A stretch of DNA of 64,000 nt from Prochlorococcus sp. AH-716-K03. GTDB lineage: Bacteria > Cyanobacteriota > Cyanobacteriia > PCC-6307 > Cyanobiaceae. The position numbers and the translations under genes were made by a program. Location: NCBI GenBank assembly GCA_028408675.1, contig JAOOLH010000001.1:57975-121974 (forward strand), in the 5' to 3' direction. How positions within the stretch are numbered: position 1 is the first letter of the stretch; every line of letters starts with the position of its first letter. This document shows positions 23,458 through 34,782 of the stretch, in pieces. Under the pieces are notes generated by a model that saw only the letters and a program-made list of their open reading frames with translations, had not been told where the DNA came from and did no database searches.

Positions 23458-24087
23458 TTGATGTATAATAGATCGCTCTCAAGAGAATTATCTTTAATTT
23501 CCTTAGGTCTTATTAACGATAAGGAAGATTTAACATTTAATCAATTTCAAATAGAAGAGGTTTTTGAATCTGCATTAGATTCTTTAATAGATCACTGTAG
23601 AGATGAGTTAGATGATTGTGAAGCAGATTTAGAAAAAGTATCGCAAAATCTTTTGGATAGTGAATTAAAGGAAGGTAGTAATTCTTCTTTCGCAAATGTC
23701 CGGGATGAACTTAAAAAAGCTTTTTATAAAATTGAATCTGTAATGAATTCACTTTCAGTTACTTTAGATTTTCCAAAATTGATTGTTTCAAGTAATCAAA
23801 ATGACATAAGAGAAGATGTAAAAAATAGAATTACAAATATAGTAAATAATTTACAAAAAATTGATACAGAAATTGATGAGGTAATGGTTGGATGGAGATT
23901 AAAAAGGTTGCCTAGGATTGATCGTGATATTTTACGTTTAGCATATGTTGATATTAATTTTTTGAATACTCCAGTTGCAGTAGCATGTGATGAGGCTGTA
24001 AATTTAGCAAATAAATATAGTGATAAACAAGGTAGAAAAATGATTAATGGAGTGTTAAGGAGATTGCAAAGAGTTAAGGTGCAGTAA
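23458..24087 (+). CDS. nusB: Transcription antitermination factor NusB
   Basis: WRLKRLPRIDRDILRLA; EAVNLANKYS...INGVL. Confidence 0.93.
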   Translation: MMYNRSLSRELSLISLGLINDKEDLTFNQFQIEEVFESALDSLIDHCRDELDDCEADLEKVSQNLLDSELKEGSNSSFANVRDELKKAFYKIESVMNSLSVTLDFPKLIVSSNQNDIREDVKNRITNIVNNLQKIDTEIDEVMVGWRLKRLPRIDRDILRLAYVDINFLNTPVAVACDEAVNLANKYSDKQGRKMINGVLRRLQRVKVQ

Positions 24088-24146
24088 TTAATTGATATAA
24101 ATCAATAATTTTTTATAATTTAATTAAATACGATTTAAAAATATTT

Positions 24147-25379
24147 ATGACTAATAATGAATCTGATAATTCTCTAGAATGGGCTTCGCAAGCATATGCT
24201 TTATTAAAAGAAAAGCAAGAATTACAAAAGCAAGAATTACAAAAGCAAGAATTAGAAAAGAAAGAATTAGAAAAGAAAGAATTAGAAAAGCAAAAGGAGC
24301 AATTAAAAGAAGAATTTGATCAAAATGATATTTCTAAAATACAAAATGAAACAGAATCTAACTTGGGAGAATTTGATGAGGATTTTACTTGGTCAGCAAT
24401 GGTATTAGCTGCTCAAGGCAAAAAAGTAAATGAAATATCAATAGATGAAATCGATTGGTTAAGTAAATTGAGAAGGGGCTTAGAAGAAACAAGAAAAGGT
24501 TTTGTAACAGAATTATTAGATAAATTAGGAGATGATCCTCTCACACCAGAATCTTTAGATGATTTAGAAACTTTATTAATAAGGGCCGATGTTGGTATTG
24601 ATTCAACAGATAGGGTTATCAATTCACTTAGAAAAAAATTAAATGAAGAAGTTGTTGGTGGTGAAGAAGGGATAAAATTTTTAAAAGATGAATTACGAGC
24701 AATAATTGAAAAACCAATAAAAAACTCTGGATTAAATGTTCTTGTTCCACAAAAAGGTAAGTTAAATGTTTGGTTAATAGTTGGAGTAAATGGTGTTGGT
24801 AAAACCACAACTTTGGGTAAACTTGCTTATCTTTCATCAAAGAGTAATTATAAAACTTTAATTGCTGCAGCAGATACTTTTAGGGCAGCAGCAGTAGAAC
24901 AATTACAGGTTTGGGGTGAAAGAAGTAACGTTGATGTTATTGCTAATCAATCAAAGAATGCAGATCCAGCAGCAGTGGTTTTTGATGCCATTAATGCAGC
25001 AAACAAACGTAATAGTGATTTATTACTTGTAGACACTGCTGGAAGATTGCAAACTAAAAATAATCTTATGGATGAATTATCAAAAATAAAAAAAATTATA
25101 GATAAAAAAGTGCCTAATGCAATCATTGAATCATTATTAGTTTTAGATGCTAGTCAAGGACAAAATGGATTAAAACAAGCAAAAAGTTTTGCAAAATCTG
25201 CAAATTTAAGCGGTGCAATTATTACTAAATTAGATGGAACCTCAAGAGGTGGTGTTTCTCTAGCTATTTCTGCAGAAGTTAATTTGCCAATAAGATTTAT
25301 TGGAGCTGGAGAGGGGATCAAAGATTTAAGACCATTTAATAGCTTTGAGTTTGTTGAGGCTCTACTTGCTGATAGATAA
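24147..25379 (+). CDS. ftsY: Signal recognition particle receptor FtsY
   Basis: GVNGVGKTTT, DTFRAAA, DTAGR and TKLDG motifs. Confidence 0.96.
   Translation: MTNNESDNSLEWASQAYALLKEKQELQKQELQKQELEKKELEKKELEKQKEQLKEEFDQNDISKIQNETESNLGEFDEDFTWSAMVLAAQGKKVNEISIDEIDWLSKLRRGLEETRKGFVTELLDKLGDDPLTPESLDDLETLLIRADVGIDSTDRVINSLRKKLNEEVVGGEEGIKFLKDELRAIIEKPIKNSGLNVLVPQKGKLNVWLIVGVNGVGKTTTLGKLAYLSSKSNYKTLIAAADTFRAAAVEQLQVWGERSNVDVIANQSKNADPAAVVFDAINAANKRNSDLLLVDTAGRLQTKNNLMDELSKIKKIIDKKVPNAIIESLLVLDASQGQNGLKQAKSFAKSANLSGAIITKLDGTSRGGVSLAISAEVNLPIRFIGAGEGIKDLRPFNSFEFVEALLADR
24213..24293 (+). repeat. In-frame 15-bp tandem repeat in the ftsY N-terminus (KQELQ/KKELE, about 5 copies)
   Basis: Consecutive aagcaagaattacaa / aagaaagaattagaa units. 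Confidence 0.9.
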
Positions 25380-26790
25380 AAATTTAATCAATTTCATTTA
25401 TAAATCTACTTTTAATGTTAAAACATACCTATATATTGAATTTGTTTTGTTAAATAACAAAAAGAAAAAATTATTGTCTAATGACATAATTCAAAAATTT
25501 TTAGAAAAAGATCATAAATCATCACTTGATAAGGATGATAAATTTATTGAAATAGTATCCTCTTTAACTTATTATTTAAAATCATTTTCAAATATTAAAA
25601 GGTTTCTGGATTATGTTTCTTTAATTTTAAAACATACTTTTAATCACCAGTTAAGCTTAATAATTCTCTTTAATGAAAAGGGAGAAATATGGAAAGAAAA
25701 TATGCAATTTTCTGGGGATACAAAAAATTTAAAAATTGATGATGAAATTAAAAATTATTTTAAAAATTTTGATTTCTCAAAAAATCATAGACTAAAAGAA
25801 ATAAATTTATTTGAAAAAGATTTAAATAATAGATTTAAAGAATATGTGATTAAGTCTTATAAAATTTTGTCACGAGGAAAATGTAGGGGATTTGTATATA
25901 CTTTTAATCATCACAATTTAAATAATTCTCTAATCGATGAAAGAAAGCTAAATTTTATTATTAATTGTTTGGGGGTTGGATTAGAAAATTATTGGTTAAT
26001 CCAAACAAAAAAAAATCATGAAAATGTAGATAGAGAAATTTCTATTGGAGCAGAAATTCAATCGCAACTTTTACCTGATTATTGTCCAATTATTTTTGGG
26101 GTGGACTTAGCTGCTCACTGTAGACCAGCTCTTCAATTAGGAGGAGATTATTATGATTTTATGTCTTTGAAACCAAATATCTCTGATAAGAGAAGAGAAA
26201 AGGCAAGATGGGCTTTAGTCATCGGTGATGTTATGGGGAAGGGTATACCTGCTGGTCTTTTGATGACTATGTTACGAGGAATGCTTAGAGCAGAGGTTTT
26301 GACTGGGCTGCCCCCTGACAGAATATTACATGACTTAAACCAGTTAGCTATTTATGATTTAGACCAATCGCATAGATTTATAACTTTATTTTATTCAGAT
26401 TACGATCCAAGAACTAAAAAGTTAAGGTTTGCAAATGCTGCACATAATCCTCCTTTGCTCTGGAAAAGTTCTGAGCAGAAGATTGTAAAGCTCGATTCAG
26501 AAGGTTTTGTACTTGGTTTGCAAAATGATGCTGAATATCAATGTGGTATTACACAATTAAATAAAAACGATGTAATTCTCTATTACACAGATGGAGTAAC
26601 TGATACTTCTAATTCTTTAGGTGAAAGGTTTGACGAAGAACGATTAATCACATCCTTTTCTAAATTATGTAAACAATCACTAAAATCTAAGGAAATTTTG
26701 AATAAGATTTTCAAAATATTAGATGATTTTACTGGTAAAAATAGGCAACTGGAAGATGATGCTTCAATAGTAGTTTTTCAGTTAGAATAG
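25345..26790 (+). CDS. PP2C/SpoIIE (RsbU-like) serine phosphatase; true start probably downstream
   Basis: GGDYYDF, IGDVMGKG, YTDGVT and DDAS motifs. Confidence 0.9.
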   Translation: MSLLRLYLLIDKNLINFIYKSTFNVKTYLYIEFVLLNNKKKKLLSNDIIQKFLEKDHKSSLDKDDKFIEIVSSLTYYLKSFSNIKRFLDYVSLILKHTFNHQLSLIILFNEKGEIWKENMQFSGDTKNLKIDDEIKNYFKNFDFSKNHRLKEINLFEKDLNNRFKEYVIKSYKILSRGKCRGFVYTFNHHNLNNSLIDERKLNFIINCLGVGLENYWLIQTKKNHENVDREISIGAEIQSQLLPDYCPIIFGVDLAAHCRPALQLGGDYYDFMSLKPNISDKRREKARWALVIGDVMGKGIPAGLLMTMLRGMLRAEVLTGLPPDRILHDLNQLAIYDLDQSHRFITLFYSDYDPRTKKLRFANAAHNPPLLWKSSEQKIVKLDSEGFVLGLQNDAEYQCGITQLNKNDVILYYTDGVTDTSNSLGERFDEERLITSFSKLCKQSLKSKEILNKIFKILDDFTGKNRQLEDDASIVVFQLE

Positions 26791-26850
26791 ATTTTTTGTC
26801 ACATATATAAAAAAATGCTTTATTAGAAGTAACTAAAGTTTTTGATTAAT

Positions 26851-28230
26851 ATGTCCAAAGTTTGGAGTAATAGGTTTAATAGTAGTTTGAACCCTTTTAT
26901 TGAGGAGTTTAATGCTTCAATTAGTTTTGATAAAACATTATTTTTTGAAGATATAGATTGTTCTATCGCTCACGCTAAAATGCTTGGTAAAACAAAAGTT
27001 TTGCCAATTAATGAGTCTCAAAAGATTATTGAGGGTTTACAAACCATAAAACAAGAGTTTATTGATGGCAAATTTTTGCCTGGAGCCCCATCCGAGGATA
27101 TTCATTATTCTATTGAAGAAAAATTAATTAATTTAATTGGTGAAACTGGAAAGAAATTGCATACTGGTAGAAGTAGAAATGATCAAGTTGGAACGGATAT
27201 TAGATTATGGTTGAGAAAAAAAATCGATAATATAGATTCTTTATTAGCTGAGTTACAAAAATCTTTGTATTTAATTGCAGAATCAAATATTTATACCTTG
27301 ATTCCAGGTTATACGCATATGCAAAGAGCTCAACCCTTATCTTTTGCTCACCACCTTTTAGCATATCTTGAAATGTTTCAGAGAGATCGTGAAAGACTCA
27401 AAGAAGTTAGAGCTAGAGTTAATATTTCTCCTTTGGGCGCAGCGGCTTTAGCAGGTACGAAAATAAAAATAGATAGATACTTTACTGCGGAAGAATTAGG
27501 GTTTGAAAATATTTATAAAAATAGTATTGATGCTGTGAGTGATAGAGATTTTTGTATTGAATTTGCTTCAAGTTCTGCTTTAGTAATGTCTCATTTAAGT
27601 AGAATTTCAGAGGAAATAATTTTATGGGTTACTGACGAGTTTTCTTTTGCAAAATTAACCGATAAGTGCGCTACCGGAAGTAGTTTGATGCCTCAGAAAA
27701 AAAATCCAGATGTTCCAGAGTTAATAAGGGGTAAAACTGGACGAGTGTACGGTCATCTTCAATCATTATTAACAATTATAAAGGGAGTACCTCTTTCATA
27801 TAATAAGGATTTTCAAGAGGATAAAGAGCCAATTTTTGACACAGTAGATACTATCACTTCGTGTTTAAAAGCTATGACAATTTTATTGAATGAGGGACTA
27901 GAGTTTAATGTTGAAAAGTTAATGGATTCGGTAAATAATGATTTTTCTAATGCAACAGATTTGGCTGATTATTTAGTAGTTAAAGAGGTTCCTTTCAGAG
28001 AGGCTTATCAAGTAGTTGGAGATATTGTGAAGCATTGCTTAACAAAAAATATTTTATTTAAAGATTTAAATTTAAAAGAATTTCAAACATTTCACAATGA
28101 ATTTAAAGAGGACATTTTTGAAAAACTCAATCCCATTAACGTCGTAAAGTCTAGAAATAGTTTGGGAGGTACAGGATTTGATCAAGTTACAATAGAGTTA
28201 AATAATTGGAAGAATAAATTATTCATTTAA
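26851..28230 (+). CDS. argH: Argininosuccinate lyase
   Basis: HTGRSRNDQ and [12 protein letters not shown] motifs. Confidence 0.97.
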   Translation: MSKVWSNRFNSSLNPFIEEFNASISFDKTLFFEDIDCSIAHAKMLGKTKVLPINESQKIIEGLQTIKQEFIDGKFLPGAPSEDIHYSIEEKLINLIGETGKKLHTGRSRNDQVGTDIRLWLRKKIDNIDSLLAELQKSLYLIAESNIYTLIPGYTHMQRAQPLSFAHHLLAYLEMFQRDRERLKEVRARVNISPLGAAALAGTKIKIDRYFTAEELGFENIYKNSIDAVSDRDFCIEFASSSALVMSHLSRISEEIILWVTDEFSFAKLTDKCATGSSLMPQKKNPDVPELIRGKTGRVYGHLQSLLTIIKGVPLSYNKDFQEDKEPIFDTVDTITSCLKAMTILLNEGLEFNVEKLMDSVNNDFSNATDLADYLVVKEVPFREAYQVVGDIVKHCLTKNILFKDLNLKEFQTFHNEFKEDIFEKLNPINVVKSRNSLGGTGFDQVTIELNNWKNKLFI

Positions 28231-28345
28231 ATCTGAATTAATTTCATACAACTAGGGATGTATTAAAGTAGAATACTGTAGTAATGTATAAAAACTACTT
28301 ATTTAGTAGTTTTATCTTGGTTATTATTTTAAAGTTGAGTTTCAA

Positions 28346-28945
28346 GTGAGTATTTTTGTTGGCAATTTGCCTTTCCGCGCAGAGCGTGAGGACATTTTGG
28401 AATTATTTACACCTTATGGTGAAGTTATGAATTGTTCTCTTCCCTTGGAAAGAGATACAGGTAGAAAAAGAGGTTTTGCTTTTGTTGAGATGGCAGATGA
28501 ATCAATAGAAGCTACCGCTATTGAAGGTCTTCAAGGCACTGAGCTTATGGGAAGGCCTTTAAGAATTAATAAAGCTGAGCCAAGAGGTGGTGGCGGTGGC
28601 CCACGAAGAGGCGGCGGCGGAAGAGGCGGTTACGGCGGTGGCGGTAATGGCGGCGGTTACGGCGGTGGCGGTAATGGTGGCGGTTACGGCGGTGGCGGTA
28701 ATGGTGGCGGTTACGGCGGTGGCGGTAATGGTGGCGGTTACGGCGGTGGCGGTAATGGTGGCGGTTACGGCGGTGGCGGTTATTCTGAACCTAGTGCTTC
28801 ATATGCAAATAAATCTTCAGGTGCCGAAGGCTGGGAGGATAGAAGTTATGGAAACTCTTCAGAAAACTCTGAGTTCGAAAATAGTAGAAGTAGAAGAAAA
28901 AGAAGCGTCTCAAATAATTCTGAAATTACTCAAGAAGGTAACTAA
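28346..28945 (+). CDS. RRM RNA-binding protein with Gly-rich tail
   Basis: SIFVGNL (RNP2), RGFAFVEM (RNP1). Confidence 0.93.
   Translation: MSIFVGNLPFRAEREDILELFTPYGEVMNCSLPLERDTGRKRGFAFVEMADESIEATAIEGLQGTELMGRPLRINKAEPRGGGGGPRRGGGGRGGYGGGGNGGGYGGGGNGGGYGGGGNGGGYGGGGNGGGYGGGGNGGGYGGGGYSEPSASYANKSSGAEGWEDRSYGNSSENSEFENSRSRRKRSVSNNSEITQEGN
28625..28783 (+). repeat. 27-bp GC-rich in-frame tandem repeat (GGYGGGGNG, about 6 copies)
   Basis: ggcggttacggcggtggcggtaatgg(c/t) repeated. Confidence 0.92.
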
Positions 28946-29946
28946 TAACCCATTTCTTGAAGTTCAGATGTGAGTTGTACTAAGTATTTAATACTTAGTT
29001 CTTTTTTTATTGATTTGGTAGAAATTTGATTTCTCCAAATTTTTGCTTTTGGAATACCTTCTACAAGATTAATAAGATGCTTACAAATATCCCAAGTTCT
29101 CCCACCAAGTTTTATGTGGTCTTCAATGTAAGGAATTAATGAAAATATGATTTCTGAAGGTTTTTTATGTGTAATATTTTGACCATAAATTTTTTGATCA
29201 ATTTCAGACCATCTTAAAGGATATTTGTAAGCTGATCTACCTATCATTACACCATCAAAATTATTCAAGGCTTTAATGCATTGATCAATATTTGTAAAAC
29301 CACCATTAACTTCTATAAGAAGTTGAGGATTCAATTTTTTTAATTTCTGAACAACTTCATATTTAAGAGGGGGAATTGTTCTATTTTGTTTGGGATTTAA
29401 GCCTTTTAATATCGCTTTTCTTGCATGAACTGTAAATCTATCTGCTCCGGCATTTGCAACTTCTTTTACAAAACTATCTAATTTATCCAAACTATCATCT
29501 TCATCAACTCCAATTCTATGTTTAATAGTAACCGGTAAATTACAATTATTCTTTAGGGACTCTATGCATTTGGCGACTTTGGTCGGTTCTTTCATAAGGG
29601 AAGCACCGAAGTTTCCTGCACAAACTCTGGGACTTGGACATCCTACATTGAAGTTAATTTCATCATATCCCCAATCTTGGGCCATTTTGGCCGCTTCTTT
29701 AAGCATTTGAGGATTATCCCCACCAAATTGTATTGATAATGGACGTTCTTCTGGATTGAAACTCAAAAACTGTTCTTTTTTTTTTGTATAAATTAAACTT
29801 TGGGCTACTATCATTTCAGTATATAAAAGAGCTTTAGAACTTATTTTTCTCATTATCATCCTAAAGTGTTTGTCTGTACAATCCATCATTGGAGCAACAC
29901 TTATTTTGTGTAAATTATTTATAGAATTAGTTCGGTAGCTTTTCAT
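28942..29946 (-). CDS. dusA: tRNA-dihydrouridine synthase
   Basis: APMMDCTD, NVGCPS, VHARKA and NRTIPPL motifs. Confidence 0.9.
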   Translation of the reverse strand: MKSYRTNSINNLHKISVAPMMDCTDKHFRMIMRKISSKALLYTEMIVAQSLIYTKKKEQFLSFNPEERPLSIQFGGDNPQMLKEAAKMAQDWGYDEINFNVGCPSPRVCAGNFGASLMKEPTKVAKCIESLKNNCNLPVTIKHRIGVDEDDSLDKLDSFVKEVANAGADRFTVHARKAILKGLNPKQNRTIPPLKYEVVQKLKKLNPQLLIEVNGGFTNIDQCIKALNNFDGVMIGRSAYKYPLRWSEIDQKIYGQNITHKKPSEIIFSLIPYIEDHIKLGGRTWDICKHLINLVEGIPKAKIWRNQISTKSIKKELSIKYLVQLTSELQEMGY

Positions 29947-29973
29947 TAAATTTTATTCAATGTAAATCAAGAT

Positions 29974-30468
29974 ATGAATCAATTTTTTTCTAGAAGAACT
30001 TTTATTTTAATTCCTATTATGTCAATTTTGAAGTTTATTCTAAAACCTAAGAAGGTATTAGCTTCATCTCTAACTTCGGAGGAAGATTGGAGTCTATCAA
30101 AAGAAGAGTGGAAAAAGAAACTCAGTCCAGAATCTTACTATATTTTGCGTGAAGAGGGTACTGAAAGGGCATTTAGTAGTCCATTGAATAATGAGAAGAG
30201 GAAAGGAGTTTTTTACTGTGCAGGTTGTAACCAGGCTCTTTTTACTTCCGATACTAAATTTGATAGTGGTACTGGATGGCCCAGCTTCTGGGATTCGATT
30301 CAAGGTTCTGTAGAAACGAAAGTAGATTTTAAATTAATTGTTCCAAGAACAGAATATCATTGCTCAAGATGCGGAGGACATCAAGGTCATGTTTTTAATG
30401 ATGGCCCTTTGCCAACAGGTAAAAGATATTGTAATAATGGTCTTGCCTTAAATTTTAAAGCTGAATGA
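29974..30468 (+). CDS. msrB: Methionine-R-sulfoxide reductase
   Basis: GTERAF, SGTGWPSF, GHVFNDGP, RYCNN. Confidence 0.96.
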   Translation: MNQFFSRRTFILIPIMSILKFILKPKKVLASSLTSEEDWSLSKEEWKKKLSPESYYILREEGTERAFSSPLNNEKRKGVFYCAGCNQALFTSDTKFDSGTGWPSFWDSIQGSVETKVDFKLIVPRTEYHCSRCGGHQGHVFNDGPLPTGKRYCNNGLALNFKAE

Positions 30469-30544
30469 TCTATTAGTGCGGCCTTCCGCAACTTGTTTTG
30501 TGCGTCAATTTCATTCACAATAGTTTTAATAAATTTTAAGAGTA

Positions 30545-31255
30545 ATGATTGAAAAACAATCAGATAATGAAGAAAAGAACGTATCTGAAGAAGATAATAT
30601 TAACGAAGACTCGTCTTCTATTAAAGTCGAAAATAGCGAGGATAAGGAATTAATTGAGGAAAGTAATCAAAAAATTAATGCAGAAGATTTAAAAAATACA
30701 ATTAGTAATAATGATGCTAGATTACAACAACTTGAAGAAGAACATGAAACCTTAAAAAGTCAATATGTAAGAATTGCAGCTGATTTCGATAACTTTAGAA
30801 AAAGACAATCAAGAGACCAAGATGATTTAAAAATTCAACTTGTTTCTAAAGCATTAACTGCAATATTACCGATTGTTGATAATTTTGAGAGGGCAAGACA
30901 ACAATTAAAACCTGAAAGTGAAGAAGCTCAAACTTTACATAGGAGTTATCAAGGATTATATAAACAATTAGTGGAGGTCTTGAAACAACAAGGAGTTGCT
31001 CCAATGAGGGTGGTTGGACAACAATTTGATCCTAATTTACATGAAGCAGTTTTAAGAGAGCCAAGCGACGAGTTTAATGAGGATATAATTACCGAAGAAT
31101 TACAGCGAGGATATCATTTAGAAGGTAAGGTTTTAAGACATGCATTAGTGAAAGTTTCAATGGGTCCTGGCAAACAAAATTCACAAGAACCAGAAGAAAA
31201 GGATAAAGTTGAAGAAGATATTGATTCAGAGAACACTATCTCTGAAGATAATTAA
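30545..31255 (+). CDS. grpE: Nucleotide exchange factor GrpE
   Basis: [26 protein letters not shown]. Confidence 0.96.
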   Translation: MIEKQSDNEEKNVSEEDNINEDSSSIKVENSEDKELIEESNQKINAEDLKNTISNNDARLQQLEEEHETLKSQYVRIAADFDNFRKRQSRDQDDLKIQLVSKALTAILPIVDNFERARQQLKPESEEAQTLHRSYQGLYKQLVEVLKQQGVAPMRVVGQQFDPNLHEAVLREPSDEFNEDIITEELQRGYHLEGKVLRHALVKVSMGPGKQNSQEPEEKDKVEEDIDSENTISEDN

Positions 31256-31286
31256 ATCCCTTAAATGAATAGTTGAGCATTAACTA

Positions 31287-32411
31287 ATGGCTGATTTTTA
31301 TCAAATACTTGGTGTTTCAAGAGATGCTGATGCTGATACCTTAAAAAGCGCTTATAGAAAGTTAGCAAGACAATATCACCCTGATGTTAATAAAGATCCA
31401 GGTGCTGAAGATAAATTTAAAGAGATAGGTAAGGCTTATGAGGCTTTAGCTGATCCTGAAACACGAGCTAGATATGATCAGTTTGGCGAGGCAGGATTAG
31501 GAGGAGCAGCTGGCATGCCAGATATGGGTGATATGGGTGGTTTTGGAGACTTGTTTGAGACTTTTTTTAATGGTTTCGGGGGACAATCCCCGCAGGGAGG
31601 TAGATCACAACGAAGAGGACCACAGCAAGGTGATGATTTAAGATATGACTTAAATATTGATTTTAAAGATGCTATTTTTGGACAACAAAGAGAAATAAAA
31701 ATACCTCATTTAGAAACTTGCGAAGTATGTAGAGGAACTGGAGCAAAAATAGGTACAGGACCCACAACTTGTACAACATGTGGTGGATCCGGACAGGTTA
31801 GAAGAGCAACAAGAACACCTTTTGGTAATTTTACTCAAGTTGCAGAATGTCCAACTTGTAATGGTACTGGTCAAATAATTGCTGATCCATGTGCAAGTTG
31901 TGGTGGAAATGGTGTTAAACAAGTAAGAAAAAAGTTACGTATTAATATTCCTGCAGGAGTTGATACAGGAACCAAATTGAGAGTTTCTGGAGAGGGTAAT
32001 GTAGGTTTAAAAGGTGGTCCAGCTGGTGATCTTTATGTTTTTATAAAAGTTAAAAATGACCCAAATTTAAAAAGAGATGGTATTAATATTTACTCTGAAA
32101 TTTCAGTAAGTTATCTTCAAGCTATTCTTGGAGATACTATTGAAATCAACACTGTTGATGGAAAAGTAAATTTAAAAATTCCAAGTGGAACTCAGCCAAA
32201 TAGTAGTTTATCATTAGAGAATAAAGGTGTACCTCGATTGGGTAATCCAGTTGCTAGAGGGAATCATCAGGTTTTAGTCAAGGTCAAACTTCCGACTCGA
32301 ATAACAGATGACGAGCGTAATCTCCTTGAAAGTTTAGCTTCTAAATATTCTGATCAGAATTCGAGTATTAATAGTGGATTGTTTAGTAAGTTATTTGGGA
32401 AGGAACCTTGA
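31287..32411 (+). CDS. dnaJ: Chaperone DnaJ
   Basis: HPD J-domain and four CxxCxGxG motifs. Confidence 0.97.
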   Translation: MADFYQILGVSRDADADTLKSAYRKLARQYHPDVNKDPGAEDKFKEIGKAYEALADPETRARYDQFGEAGLGGAAGMPDMGDMGGFGDLFETFFNGFGGQSPQGGRSQRRGPQQGDDLRYDLNIDFKDAIFGQQREIKIPHLETCEVCRGTGAKIGTGPTTCTTCGGSGQVRRATRTPFGNFTQVAECPTCNGTGQIIADPCASCGGNGVKQVRKKLRINIPAGVDTGTKLRVSGEGNVGLKGGPAGDLYVFIKVKNDPNLKRDGINIYSEISVSYLQAILGDTIEINTVDGKVNLKIPSGTQPNSSLSLENKGVPRLGNPVARGNHQVLVKVKLPTRITDDERNLLESLASKYSDQNSSINSGLFSKLFGKEP

Positions 32412-32641
32412 AAGGGGATTTAAGGATATTAGATTTAAAATCTATTCCATGCCCTTTAAATGTAGTAAAATGCAAATTAGCATTAGAGAAACTATCGATA
32501 TATGAAACTTTGATCGTGTATTTAGATAAAGGTGAACCAGAAGAAATGGTAAAAAAATCTTTGAAAGAAATGAATTACTGTTTTAAAATAATTGAAGAAG
32601 ATTTACAAACAATAAAATTAAAAATTTTGCATGATAGTTGA
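32408..32641 (+). CDS. TusA/SirA-like sulfur carrier
   Basis: [11 protein letters not shown] motif. Confidence 0.8.
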   Translation: MKGDLRILDLKSIPCPLNVVKCKLALEKLSIYETLIVYLDKGEPEEMVKKSLKEMNYCFKIIEEDLQTIKLKILHDS

Positions 32642-33548
32642 TAAACAACTTAAAGGTCTCGTTATAAAAAAATTTAATGAATTTTATTTGGTAGAAACAA
32701 AAAAATGTGAAAATTTGGATTTTAATAAGAAATTCTTATGCAAAATCAGGAAGTCTGTAAATTTTAGAAATCAACTTGTTTTTGTTGGAGATGAGGTGAT
32801 TATTAACCAAATTGATTTGAAAAGTAAAAAAGCAATAATAGAACGTTTAGAGCAAAGAACTAATCTTTTAGAAAGACCATCTGTTGCTAATATTTCAAAT
32901 ATATATGTAATTTGTTCTGTCGAAGAGCCAGAATTAAATTTATCTCAAGTAAATAAGTTTTTAATATCTGGTGAACAAATGGGGGTTGAGGTTTCACTAG
33001 TTCTTACTAAATGCGATTTAATAACAGAACAAAAAAAACTTTTTTTAATTGATAAATTTCAAAAATGGGGATATAAAGCTATTACTTTAGGTTTAGAAAA
33101 TCCGGATAATTTTAAAAATTTTTTGACTGAGTTAAAGAAAAAAAAATGCTCGATATTTATGGGACCATCTGGTGTAGGTAAAACTACATTATTAAATAGG
33201 ATAATTCCAGGCCTTGATAATAATACTGCACCAGTATCAAATAAAATAAAACGTGGAAAAAATACTACTAGAAACGTTGAGTTATTTTCTTTATCAAGTA
33301 AAAGTTATATTGTTGATACTCCTGGTTTTAACATGCAAACACTTGAAATAGATATTCGCGAATTACCAAATTTATATCCCGAAATTTATAAACAAGTAGT
33401 TGAACAAGGAATCAAATGTAAATTTCGTAATTGCCTACATATAAATGACGAGGGTTGTAATTTAAATAAAAATTTTGAAAGGTATTGTTTCTATAAAGAA
33501 ATGATTGAAACATCTAAGAGTCATTATTATCTAGTCCAGGGAGATTAA
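32631..33548 (+). CDS. rsgA: Ribosome biogenesis GTPase RsgA
   Basis: [17 protein letters not shown] and CKFRNCLH..C Zn motif. Confidence 0.93.
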   Translation: MIVDKQLKGLVIKKFNEFYLVETKKCENLDFNKKFLCKIRKSVNFRNQLVFVGDEVIINQIDLKSKKAIIERLEQRTNLLERPSVANISNIYVICSVEEPELNLSQVNKFLISGEQMGVEVSLVLTKCDLITEQKKLFLIDKFQKWGYKAITLGLENPDNFKNFLTELKKKKCSIFMGPSGVGKTTLLNRIIPGLDNNTAPVSNKIKRGKNTTRNVELFSLSSKSYIVDTPGFNMQTLEIDIRELPNLYPEIYKQVVEQGIKCKFRNCLHINDEGCNLNKNFERYCFYKEMIETSKSHYYLVQGD

Positions 33549-33864
33549 GATTTAGGCCACCAGTTAAGTCATTCATTCTCTCTTTCATCGTTGAAGTTGA
33601 AGTTTCATGAGCATTCTTAATAGCTTCTAGAATATTTTTTTCTATTTCTTCCTTGCTGGAATTAGAAATTTTTTCATTTACTTCAACTTTTAAAGGTACC
33701 TGGTTTCCGCTAATCCATACTTTTATCATTTCATCATCACTTTTACCTTCAATTTCCATGCTTTCAAGTTCATCTTGTAATTTTTGAGCATTTTGTTGAA
33801 TTTCTTTAGCTTTTTTAAAAGCTTCTGTTAGTTGTCCAAAATTTGGAAGTCCAAAACCTGCCAT
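33514..33864 (-). CDS. YbaB/EbfC nucleoid-associated protein
   Basis: [26 protein letters not shown] pattern. Confidence 0.88.
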   Translation of the reverse strand: MAGFGLPNFGQLTEAFKKAKEIQQNAQKLQDELESMEIEGKSDDEMIKVWISGNQVPLKVEVNEKISNSSKEEIEKNILEAIKNAHETSTSTMKERMNDLTGGLNLNLPGLDNNDS

Positions 33865-33884
33865 TTAATAAAAAGTTTCTTTAA

Positions 33885-34775
33885 TTAAGGATAGTCAAAA
33901 CCTATCATTCTTACTTCGGGTTGAAGAAAAATTCCTTTATTTTGTAGTACTTTTTGTTGAATCACTGTTATTAAATCTAAAATATCTTTTGAATTTGCAG
34001 ATGAATTGTTTACTATAAAATTTCCATGCGTAGTAGATACTTCTGCATCACCTATTTTAAAACCTTTTAACCCTAATTCTTCAATTAATTTTCCTGCATA
34101 ATTATTAGTTGGATTTTTAAAAACGCTTCCAAAGCTTGGTAAATCGTATGGTTGCGTTTCGGTTTTCCTTTTGAGGGTTTTCTTTGTAGTTTCTAATAAT
34201 TGCTCAATATTTCCTTTTGGTTCAAACATTAGTTTTGCACTTATTATTATTAGGTTATTTTGCTGAAAAGGACTGAATCTATATTGAAAATCTATATCTT
34301 TTTTCTGTATTTCATAGGTTTCAAGAGTTGTAGTATCAATAACTTTAACTGATAAAACATTATTTGCTACTGAGAAATTTCCTGATCCTGCATTCATACA
34401 AATAGCTCCACCTAATGTTCCTGGAATTCCTACAGTCCATTCGCCGCCTTGTAATCCATTTTTTGCAAGTATGTTTGACATTGTTGGCAGCATGACTCCA
34501 GCCTCAGCCTCTACAATTCCTGTATTAGATTCAATTTTGATAGATCTCATTGTTTTAGTACATATAGTTAATCCTTTTAAGAAAATATTATTTATTAGTA
34601 AATTTGAACCAGCTCCTATTATTTGACATTTTTGATCATTTAAATGTGACCACTTTATTAAATTTATGAATTCATCTGTATTGTTTGGTTTTGAAAAATA
34701 TTCTGCAAATCCACCAACTTTTATTGTTGTATATTTAGATAGATTTATTTTTTCTTCAACATTAATATTTTTCAT
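33885..34775 (-). CDS. murB: UDP-N-acetylenolpyruvoylglucosamine reductase
   Basis: GAGSNLL, GIPGTLGGA.MNAG, GSVFKNP. Confidence 0.95.
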   Translation of the reverse strand: MKNINVEEKINLSKYTTIKVGGFAEYFSKPNNTDEFINLIKWSHLNDQKCQIIGAGSNLLINNIFLKGLTICTKTMRSIKIESNTGIVEAEAGVMLPTMSNILAKNGLQGGEWTVGIPGTLGGAICMNAGSGNFSVANNVLSVKVIDTTTLETYEIQKKDIDFQYRFSPFQQNNLIIISAKLMFEPKGNIEQLLETTKKTLKRKTETQPYDLPSFGSVFKNPTNNYAGKLIEELGLKGFKIGDAEVSTTHGNFIVNNSSANSKDILDLITVIQQKVLQNKGIFLQPEVRMIGFDYP

Positions 34776-34782
34776 TACTTAC

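Noticed and set aside
28587-28973. 128-aa Ala/Val-repeat ORF
   Set aside because: Frame-shifted shadow of the Gly-rich repeat in the RRM gene.
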